From positions 76,508,001 to 76,572,000 of the forward strand of contig NC_042997.1 of assembly GCF_006345805.1 (NCBI RefSeq): a stretch of 64,000 nucleotides of DNA, read 5' to 3'. The stretch comes from Octopus sinensis. Taxonomy: Eukaryota. Below are positions 13,726 to 26,456 of the stretch, piece after piece. Within the stretch, counting starts at the first letter, position 1. Every line of letters begins with the position of its first letter. The position numbers and the translations under genes are program-made. Under the pieces are notes generated by a model that did no database searches, was not told the DNA's origin, and was given only the letters and a program-made list of their open reading frames with translations.

Positions 13726-15711
13726 TAACCAATATTATTATTAAATAATATTTCCTTAAATTCATTAGTACACAATAAACAAGAATTACTACTTATACGA
13801 TAAGATTTTGCCTTACAAATTATCTCCTAAGTTAATTTAGATTTAATACATTTAGATTTATGTTCCCAAACATATTTACTGAGACCTGTAGAATTAATTA
13901 GATTTCTATTCTTAAAAGAATACGTGTTGAGCCACCCTTTAATTTTATTCGAAGTCAACCTTATGTAGATAGCGTTTAAAATATAATCATTCATATTATT
14001 ATCATTAATTAAAGTTACTATACATTCATAAACTACATTATCCAAATTACAGTTATTATTAAATTGCATGTAGTCGTATCTCTACATGTATAATGTTATA
14101 ATATTTTTTATTATCCCTAATGAACATTTCAATTATATTTAAAATCTCTTTAATAACATTTATTTTTACCTGAGCACCAAAAGGAACAATTAACCATATT
14201 TCATTCTTATTTTTTATATTATTATTATATTTGTTTGTAATATTATTAAATTTATTATCATCATTGCGTCATGCAGGGCTTTATTATAATAAGGTGCATT
14301 GAAAGTCTCTAAATCATAAGAAAGTAAGTAATGGTATTCTTTTACCTATATTATTTATCAACGATTTTTTAACGGAAGGTGGATGATTACTACAAGCATT
14401 AATATATCTAAGGTTTTCATTAATTTTATGGAATGGTTGGGTTTTACCCATTATTAAATTAAAATTACCATCTAAATAATTAACATTATAGTTTTCATTA
14501 TAAATAGTAATACTTAAACTATATCTTTTAAAGAAACTATAAAGTTTCTTCTTATATCATTCTAATGTTCTATTGGTGCAAGTAAGTAATAAAAGGTCAT
14601 TCCTATATAAACCACTCTCCAATTAAAAATTTTCTAATTGAAGTTCTGATAATAAATAAATACCTACTAAATCAGTAGCCTGTGTAGAATTGGGTGCCGC
14701 CATAGGTATATCAAAATAGTTCCCAGTATCCTTCCTAGCCCATAACTTATTGTTATATCTAATTAACAATTTCCTAGCCATTTTAATTACATTAACTTCA
14801 TCAGAAGTCATTCCTACCTTATTCATTGCATAAATCAGGGCCTTATTCAGTACAATCTCATTAATAGAATAATAATAATTATCTCTATCTATTTGAATGA
14901 TCTTATATTTATTTTTATATTTAGTATTATGAAACCATTTTAAAGTATCATTAGAACTATTCCAAAATTTAAGGTAATTAATTTCATTTAATTTATTAAA
15001 ATAATTATACTTAGTTTACTTAAATCTGATTTACATGGACAAATTAATCTAACCTTAGGGTCAGGGTAAAAATTATCTTTATGGTCTTTCAAAGTTATTC
15101 TAAGATGCATAGGTACATGAGGTTCAGTTTTATTATCTAAATTATATTTCATCATTATTAATTTAGAGGCCTTATTTATATTATAGAGGGTATTTCCTGG
15201 AACAATTTTATATTTTTTATTTATTTATTTCTCTAATAGATTATCATATAATTTAATATCTGGTTTATATAGGTTCTTAGTTTTATGTGATTGTACTATA
15301 ATACCGTCCATATTTCACATTTCTTTTATGCTAATAGATTTCTTAATTATTCATTATGTCTATTTGAATATTTATGAAATTTAATATTTTTCACTACCTT
15401 CCAAATATTATCCTCTAAAACCTGTATTTATCTATTATATGGGGGTTCCTTCCTAGATTTAAATTTGGAATTAATATAATTATTATTCTCTACATCATTA
15501 ATGTTAGATATGTTACAACTATTATAGTAGGCTTTCCATCTAATCCTAGTAATAAAATCTTTAATATTATTAAGTTTCAAAATATATTCCTTTCTAGATG
15601 GAATAAGAATATCCTTCAAAGATGAATTCCAAGATAGCGGTTCTATCTTACCTGTAAGTTCTATAAGCAACTAAAATGAGAGTAAATACACTCAATAAAT
15701 GTTAGTTATAA

Positions 15712-15717
<6 letters not shown>

Positions 15718-15768
<51 letters not shown>
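15718..15768. repeat. (AAT)n microsatellite
   Basis: Direct reading. Confidence 0.95.
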
Positions 15769-15769
<1 letters not shown>

Positions 15770-15999
15770 GGGAATATGATTCCAAACTTACTGGGAAAAA
15801 TTCAATATATTACATATATACATATATATATATATATATAGATATACGGGTGTGTTTGATTGTGTATAGAAAAATATATTAATAAAAGGAATTCCAACCT
15901 TGTCTGATTTTATCGTTTTATTTACAATCTTATAATGATATAATATAAGATAATATAATATAATGAAATAAAATAAAATAATAGAATGTTAAATGCTCA

Positions 16000-17807
16000 T
16001 TCTGATTGAACTAGTACTTTCATGCATTAAATTCTGCAATCTTCAGGTTCATTTAGTAGTGGTGTTGCTACATGGTTTTACTTCACGAATGCTTTTTGGC
16101 AACTGCCATTTGGTGCATGAGAGAGTTCGATGCAGCTGCCCTCATCTGCACCTCCTGCCGTGAAGTTGGTTCATCTGGGATACCCGACAAGAAAAGATCC
16201 AGTTTCATTTTAAAGACATCTGCATCCACCCCATGCAGGTGTCTTAGGTTCTTCGGGAGGATATTGAAGAGCTGTGGGCCTCGGAAGCCCAGGCTGTCAC
16301 AGTATCTTGTCCTACATCTTGATGGCAAATTTGGAGTCCTAGGCACCACGCAGTGGCGCCCAGTTCTGGCATTTGTGTAACTCTCGATGCCAAAGTTCAG
16401 GACAAGTCCTTCCAGGATCTTCCAGATGTATATTATGGCATATCTTTCTCGCCTACGCTCCAAGTAATAGAGTTTTAATCTCTTGAGTCTTTCCCAGTAG
16501 CTTATATTCTGCACAGAGGCTATCTTCTTCGTGTAGCTACGTTGGATCGCCTCAAGTTCTGTGATCAACTTGACACTGGATGGTGACCATAGCTGAGAGC
16601 AATAGACAAGTGTCCTCCAGAGGACCATCATGGTTTCTTGTTCTCTTGTTCTAAAGGTTCTGAGAATCCATCCAGCCAGTCGTCTACATTTCATTGCCAA
16701 TTTAGCAACATGTACACGAAAGGTTGCGTCATCACTCATGTAAATACCCAGGTCACACACTGATTGTGCCTCTGGGATTGCAATTCCTCCAGGTCCAGTG
16801 TATTCATTGAGTATTGCATTTAGTTTTGCATACTGATAGTATAAAGCTTGAAACTTTTCAGCATTGAACTGCATGCTATTCCTTTCAGCCCACTTGTATA
16901 TTTTGTCCAGCACACATTGCAGGCGTTTAGTGTCCTCAGGGTTCTGTACTGCCTGTGAAACTTTTGTATCATCTGCATAACTTGTGATCGTGGCTCTCTG
17001 CGTGGCTGAGGGCATGTCTGAGAGGGCCATTATGAACAGTAGTGGTCCCAAAACAGTGCCCTGCGGAACACCGCTCACTATTTGCGTGTTAATGGAAGTG
17101 GCCCCATTGACTACTACCACCTGACTTCTATCTTTCAGAAAGTCATGAAGCCATTCTCCCAGTTTTCCAACTATGTCAAGATCACGCAGTTTGTGACATA
17201 TCATTCCATGATCGACTTTATCAAAGGCCTTTGCAAAGTCGAGATATATGACTTCCACATTTGAGTGGTTGAGCAGTTGTTTCAGCACCCAGTCATAGTG
17301 CTGCAGGAGCTGAGTTAAGCAGCTTCTTCCTGGTCGGAAACCATGTTGGGTGTCAGGCAGCAAGTCATTTTCTTCAAGGAAGGTGATTAGTTTCCTTCTG
17401 ACTATTCGTTCCATGACCTTGCTGATGTGTGAGGTCAGAGAGATAGGTCTGTAGTTCTTGGCCTCCGCTCTGCTACCTCCTTTATGAATAGGGCATATTT
17501 TACCTTCCTTCAGTTTTCTTGGAAGTTTGCCAGCTGCAAAGAAGCTCTGAAAGAGGAACTGCAGTGGTCTTGCTAGGACTCTCTTACATACTTTTAGGAG
17601 GATTGCCGGGAATCCATCGGGGCCAATACCTGAGTCTGTTTTCATTTCATCTATAGCCTTTATATTGATGTAATTTATCGTCGCCGCCTCTGATTCTATA
17701 TCTGCAGTGGTAAAGAAGTCAGTTGGATTGCTGATTTGGAAATGCCCAAGGGGTGGAGTGAAAACACTCTTGAATTGTTCATTCAGTATTTCACTTACCC
17801 TCATTGG
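16000..17807 (-). mobile_element. Young CR1-group LINE (uninterrupted RT ORF running into the gap)
   Basis: About 575 codons without a stop (16083-17807): NYRPISLTS, QHGFRPGRSC, DFAKAFDKV, GVPQGTVLGP, YADDTK. Same family as 5870-8560. Confidence 0.95.
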
Positions 17808-17907
17808 NNNNNNNNNNNNNNNNNNNNNNNNNNNNNNNNNNNNNNNNNNNNNNNNNNNNNNNNNNNNNNNNNNNNNNNNNNNNNNNNNNNNNNNNNNNNN
17901 NNNNNNN
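17808..17907. other. Assembly gap (100 N, probably a placeholder size)
   Basis: Run of N; the flanks belong to different LINE families. Confidence 0.98.
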
Positions 17908-19790
17908 TCCTGATGGGCCGGGGCTTTCCCTGTCTTCATGCTCTAATTGCCTTGACTACCAAGAAACTGTCAACTCGGATAGCTGGTCCCTCTGTTGGGT
18001 CGACATTCGGCAGACTTTCTTTATCCCATTCATTTGCTTTATTCAGCAACCTTTCATAGTGGCGTCTCCAAACCACTCTCTTTGCGTCCTCATTTAGCGC
18101 AAGTGAACCATCATCCATGTGAACACATTTCTCTCCTACCCAATCACGATTCTCTCTCACACACTGTCTTGCAACATGGAATACCCCAAGTCTTTCGTCC
18201 TTACGGCGCAGAACAATGGCAAATTTTTTCTTATCTGCTTCCCCTCTGACTAAATACACCTGCCTCCTAGCTTCCCTTCTGGCAGTCTGATACATTTCCC
18301 TGCTACCACCATTCTTCCAGTCCTTCCAAGCCTGTTTCTTTTGTCTAATAGCCGTGTCAACAATATTGTTCCACCACTACGTTATTTTGGGTCTTGAGGG
18401 AACTTTGCACCATCCAGAGATCTGGTTAGTGGCTCTCAGCATGTTGTCCCTTAGAAACCTCCAGTTGTCTTCTATCCCATGTGAAACTATATCCCCTTCA
18501 TCAAAGGCTTCAAGTAATACGTCTCTAAATCTCTGTCCATTCACAGGATATTTAAGCTTCCTGATCGTTCTTCTCCATGTTGGCCGTCTTCTAGTCGTCC
18601 TCTTAGTCCTAATCCTAAAGTCACTAACTACCAGTCTGTGTTGTGGGGTACATTCTTCACCTGGGAAGGTTTTGGCATTTATAAGCAGCCATCTTTCCCT
18701 TTTTCTGGCAAGGATGTTGGCCTCATTGGTAGGTGACTAGGTGGCTGGTAGATTTCCTGAAGTTAGTGTTGCAAACCATAAGATCATTCGCATGGCAGAA
18801 CTCCAGCAACCTAGTTCCCTCCTCGTTGCGGGAACCATAACCATAGCCTCCATGTACACCATGGAAGACCCTGCATGTTGTCCAACATGTCCATTGAAGT
18901 CACCAGCCACAAAGTGACTTCAAAGAGGTAGTCTGCAGTAGGGTGTCATAGAATCGGTCTTTCTGTCCATCGAGTAGCCCTGGCTGAGGGGCATAGGCCG
19001 ATATAATGGTTGCTAATTCATGATGAAGCACTAATCTAATCTTAAGTATTCTATCGCATACTCTGACTTCCTCAATTACCTTATCTACCCATTTTCAGCA
19101 AGAAGTATACCCATGCCCCCGACCCCGTCAGTGTTCCCAGCCCAGAAAATCTTGTACCTGTGTTCTTTGCCTGTGAGGAGCCTAGCAGAACCTCCTCTCC
19201 ACCTCACTTCTTGAATGCAGCACATATCAACACATCTCCATTCACGCAACTCAACAATCTCGCCAGACCTACCTTTCAGTGTCCCAATGTTGAGGGTGCC
19301 AACCCTGAGGGTGTTGGAGGTATAGGCCCATGGCACCTTGGGACGGGGGACAGTAGCTTTATGTACCTGAAAAGAAAACTCGCATTTGGCAGGATTCATA
19401 GACAAACTAAAGATTTAAGTTCAACCTGCTTACACTAAACTATCATATTTTGCAATGTATGATCACTACCTTATATAGCAGGGGGTGGGGGTGGCGGATG
19501 ACTTTTGAAGTGTTCATGGGAGACAACCAAGGCTGACTAAATTGGGACTTCCGGTAAAAGTAGAGGGGGTGAAAGGGCGGGTGCACTGCGAAAACTAGCA
19601 GCCATGAAGGGGCGCATCTCATCTCTTGGAGAAGGAATACTTCATTGTAGGTATTTGGAGACATAATTGAGAGAGAGTTATGTTGCAGATTCAGGGGAGA
19701 TGCATGAGCTAAATTTATCTTAGACATCGATAAGTAAGAGGAACTATAGAAATATATATTTAACATGAGACTTGAGGCTGAAATAGACAA
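17908..19790 (-). mobile_element. 5' portion of an RTE LINE (5' UTR, APE endonuclease, linker), running into the gap
   Basis: VGTLNIGTL, CIQEVRW, IISAYAPQ, GDFNGHVG, RVTWWN and MKTGKAP motifs; frameshifted. Confidence 0.9.
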
Positions 19791-19968
19791 AGTCAAACAG
19801 AATAGAGATAAACTAAAAAGGTTAATCTATTGCACAGAAATAATACTAGGTAGGTAACGGGATGAATTTAAAGGAATGCTTATCTGTGATTCATCTTTTC
19901 CGTTCGTAGTTTACAGCAAAAGTTTTGAATTGAAATATATATATGTTTATGTATATATATATATATAT

Positions 19969-21089
19969 CTTCAATTCAATTCAATTCAATTTTTATTGGT
20001 TCAAAAAGCAAAAGCAATGCCATGTAGGGGGACAGGGAGGGTGGTCATACAAAGAGTTCAGGCCATTTCTGGTCAACAGAGACTTTGAACCGAGTGGTCA
20101 TCGACATCTTCACTATCTCGTCCGGCAGCTTATTCCACGGATCCGCAGCCCGGACGAAGAAAGCCCCTCTCCTTCAATTGAGATGAAATCGTCGTATATA
20201 GAGCTTTTTGGAGTGACTCCATAGCCCACGCTTTTACACTTTCCGTTTATGATGTTGTGAGCGAGAATGAGATCACCACGGCATCTGCGTTTTTGGAGAG
20301 AATAAAGGTCGAGCGTCTTCAGCCTTTCTTCATAAGACAAATGCTTCAAACCAAGAACCATGCGAGTAGCCAGCTTCTGGACTCTTTCAAGATGATGTAT
20401 GTCTTTGAGGAGATAAGGAGAAGAGGCCTTACCAGCGTGACATAGAGCGGTAGGAATATGGCTGCTGTGAGCATTCCGAATGACTGTCGAATGAAAAACA
20501 GAACTCCGTGTGCTTTGTTGGCAGCATGGACGCATTGGGCCGAAGGCGAAAAGGAAGAATCCACCAAGATACCCAGGTCCTTTACTTGGTTGGTCTTCTC
20601 CAGCAGCAGACGACCCAGCTCGAAATGAAGTTGAGTTGCAGGAGAGGAGCCAACAGGCAGATGACAGTACTTTGACACATTCAGACACAGGTCCCATTCG
20701 TTCAACCATCTCCAAACTTGATGGAGGCATCGACGAAGATCATCTATATCACTGTGAGGAGCAACCAGTTTGACATTGTCGGCAAATAGAAGGGTGTGTT
20801 GCGTAAGGTTGTCAGGCAAGTCATTGATGAAGACTAAAAACAATAACAGCCCAAGCACTGAACCGTGAGGCACGCCACTGCTCGCACTGGAGTTGTCGGA
20901 CAGCGAACCATTAACTTGGACTTGGAAGGAGCGATCTGAGAGGAAGGCACCAACCCATCATACAATATCCGGATGGAAACGATATGCTTGAAGTTTGACA
21001 AGTAATAAGCGGTGGTTTACCAAATCAAAAACTTTGGCAAAGTCCAATAAAATGATGTCAACGGCATCACCATCATCCAGGATATGCAT

Positions 21090-21090
<1 letters not shown>
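19969..21090 (-). mobile_element. 5'-truncated CR1-group LINE, same family as 6708-8169
   Basis: DFAKVFDLV, PHGSVLG and FADNVK motifs; 3' end tttttgaaccaataaaa(attga)n; (TA)n on both flanks. Confidence 0.9.
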
Positions 21091-23432
<2,342 letters not shown>

Positions 23433-23433
23433 A

Positions 23434-24260
23434 CTAGCAGAATTGCTCGGGGCTGAATTGCTTGAAAGTACTGTTAATGATTGCACTGAATTATGATGAT
23501 TATTCAGGCAAATATTGATATAAGTTTACGGTGGGAGATAAGGACTTAACGATCAAACGTGTGCCATTGCATTGTTTTGGGGGAACCAAATTTCTGATGA
23601 GCATTATAGGGGCACCAACTTTAAGTTTGAGAAAGTGTGGTGGTAGTCCGGGGTGCCCAAAGGAATTGCGTACCTCTATTGGATAGTTGATGACGTCCTC
23701 TGGGTCAGGAGTTGTATCGATAGACAGATATACATAGACTTCCCCAGGAATGAGTTTTAGCATTTCATCATTAATATGGTGAACAGTTTTATTCCTCGGG
23801 GCCAGTATAGCCTTTTTGCCAATCCAATCCATATTCTGATAATTAGCTTGTAGATCTGGGAACACTGCATCTCTGAGATCAGAAGGCGTCTTAACAATGG
23901 TACAAATGGAATCGATGGCAATATTACCATTTTCATCCCCTGGTATTTTGCCTTCGCCAAGTGCAAGGAGGATGTGAGGAAATGCTGCTGATGTGATATT
24001 ACGTCGCATATGAGCACGCATATTGGTGTGAAGTTTGAGAGTTACTTCCCTTTATTTAAAAAAATATGCATTAAAATGGAAAAAAATGATGGTAAATTAT
24101 TTGTAAAATCATCGACTCATCGTAGACGCGTGCTAATACCCAGAAGGGCTCGATATGAATCACGACTTTAAGATACCCGGTTTTGGTTAAACTGCATCGC
24201 AAAATGTGGGAGTAGTTAGGAATCTAAATCGGAGTAGACAGACACACAACCTTTCTTTTA
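23434..24260 (-). mobile_element. Short Helitron derivative carrying a PIF1-like helicase fragment
   Basis: ORF 23500-24021 contains AILAPRN, PPHFLKLKVGAPIMLIRNL and CNGTRLIV. The minus-strand 3' end is CTAG|T (23434-23437) with a shortened hairpin. Confidence 0.85.
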
Positions 24261-24267
24261 TCTCTTA

Positions 24268-24625
24268 CTAGCAGTATCGCCCGGCGTTGCTCGGGTTTGT
24301 TTCGACCCGCTGGAATTGTAATTTTGAAAAGTAAAAATTTGGTGAACATTTTTCTGGTCGAAATACACCGAAAAGTGGCGACACAGCAGTGAAAAAATCG
24401 TAAAAAATAGGGATTTTCATAGAAAAAAGCATCTTTTTGATGTAAATAATTTTTGGTGTTAACATGGTCTGATTTGAATTTTATGTTCTACGGAAGGAAG
24501 AGCAACCCTTCTTCTATCATACTCTCAATTTTGGTCAACTTGCGCCGCAGGGTCTCGGAGGAGATAGTGTTAGTTGAAGGTTACCAAACGTGGCGCACAC
24601 AGACAACTTTAGCTTTATATAGAGA
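24268..24625 (-). mobile_element. Non-autonomous Helitron
   Basis: Minus strand: A|TCTCTATATAA at the 5' end; hairpin cccgagcaacgccggg, then 8 nt and CTAG|T at the 3' end. Confidence 0.85.
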
Positions 24626-24639
24626 TAAAACTTAATAAT

Positions 24640-26068
24640 AATTTTTTTACACAAACGCGAACGGGGAAAAGGGGGTGGCGAATTCGATTTTTTTATTTTC
24701 GTTGAATGAATATAAAAATGTATAATATATGTTGTACATACCTAAATTTTTTCTTTTCATGACATTGTAGCAAAATAGTAGTGAATTATATAAATACCAG
24801 CAGTACATTTTTTTTTCTGGGGTATTTTTTTTCAACCTCGTCACATATTTGCCCCTTTCAATTTAAACAAAGTCTTAATTAAGCAATTACGGCAGCTTAG
24901 CAATGGTTTCAATACAGGCGTGACATATGTATCTCAATTGTTCAAAACCCTTCGAATTTTTTCGCACGTGATGATATCATAGTGAAAACTTTCAATTACG
25001 CGCGCTTAGAAGTACGCTCGCAAATTAATACTACCAAAATTTTGAAGTTCGCGCTCCGCTTGTGTGTGCGTGCTTTAGGTGTACGTAGGTATGTGTTTTT
25101 GTGTGTGTGTCACTGAAGCCATACATACATATATACATACATAACCTCTCTCTCTCTTTTCTCTCTCAGTCACTCACTACAAAAAGTGAATAAAAAAAGT
25201 TCAGTTATTTCTGTCTTTCACTCTCTCTGTCTCTTTACACACACTAACAAAAGCACTTCACTTACACACCACACTTTCTGTGTCGCACAACCCATCAAAC
25301 ACACACACACTCACGCACACACACATGTACATCAATGCTTTCGGAGTGAAATGTTAAAATATTGAGTTTTCTCGAATTTTGTCTTAATTGGGGGTGAAAT
25401 TGAAAGAAATTTGTTATGGCATGACCGAATGGAGTACTTTGAAAAATCTTAGGTAAACTCTAATTGAAGAAATTGTGTGAGGAGTAAATCGTTATGTATT
25501 TATTTGTTTCTGTTTGCTGTGTTTTTTTATTTTTTGAGTAGTGGTTTAAGGTACACTTGCAAAGAGAAAGTGGGAGAAATTATGTTGATAGCATGCGTGA
25601 TCCGTTTTATAGAAATACTTTCAGTTTAGTCTTCCTCAAATCACTCTGTCGCTATTTACTCTCTTTCAAGAACATTTTCACTCACTCTTATCTCTTAGCT
25701 TGCCATACATTTTACTCATGTATCTATCAGCGTGATAGACAGAAACAAATATTACATCGCCATCGCATTCTATTGTCTACCTGTCAACACACAGTGAATT
25801 ACTTTCGCTTTATCGTTGCACACTGTGTGTGTGCGTGTGCGTGTGGTGTAAACCACATTAAGAAAAGCATTTGACATACACACCAGAATGTGAGTTTTCT
25901 GTAAATTTTGCTTAATTGGAGTTTAAATTTTAAAAACTGGACCTGGCATGACCCGATGCATTCTACTCTTAAAAATGCTAGGTAAATTGTAATTGAAGAA
26001 ATCCTATATTGTAGATTTCTATAACTGACAAAGGGAGGCAGATAAAATCTGCCTTTTATAATAAGAGA
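24640..26068 (-). mobile_element. Probable non-autonomous Helitron(s)
   Basis: Minus-strand 5' end A|TCTCTTATTATAAAA; perfect hairpin GGCAGAT-AAA-ATCTGCC at 26037-26053; ~110-bp internal direct repeat (25362-25475, 25890-26002). No 3' CTAG identified. Confidence 0.55.
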
Positions 26069-26273
26069 TATATATGTATATATATATATATATGTGTGTG
26101 TGTATAAAAAATTAGAAAAAATCCCCCTCCTTTTATCAATTCAAAATGAACAATTAAATTACACCATCTAGAAAATTACATATAATAGAAAAGTTAAAAT
26201 TAAAATAACAATAAAATGTAAAGATTAAGTAAATTGCAAAAATAATAATAAAAACGTATACAATAGGTAGAAA

Positions 26274-26360
26274 AACGACACATGTTTCGCAGCTATATTT
26301 AAGAAATGATTATGGTAGTAGAGAAATCATTTCGATATAAATATAATTGCTCATCAGGTT
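26274..26360 (-). ncRNA. Type I hammerhead ribozyme motif in a PLE pLTR remnant
   Basis: Minus strand: AAC CUGAUGA G...[12-bp stem, inner GAAAUGAUU/AAUCAUUUC hairpin]...C GAAAC AUGU GUC|GUU. Confidence 0.8.
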
Positions 26361-26418
26361 AAAAATAAAATAGAACAATAAAATAATTAATTAATAAATA
26401 TACTTTAATGTGTGTGTG

Positions 26419-26456
<38 letters not shown>

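Larger units (their letters stand above)
10398..15800 (-). mobile_element. Decayed Penelope-like element (RT plus C-terminal GIY-YIG; Nematis-like motifs), interrupted by an RTE
   Basis: ORF remnants 15670 to 13734: RIRWKA; FDIPMAAPNSTQATDLVG (cf. FDVTMGSYDGAEVCELVG); GLYRND; NVVYEC...YIRLT...NSTGLSKYVW...CLLC. It continues below 11760 after the TSD. The 10398-11700 part is too degraded to bound precisely. Confidence 0.8.
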
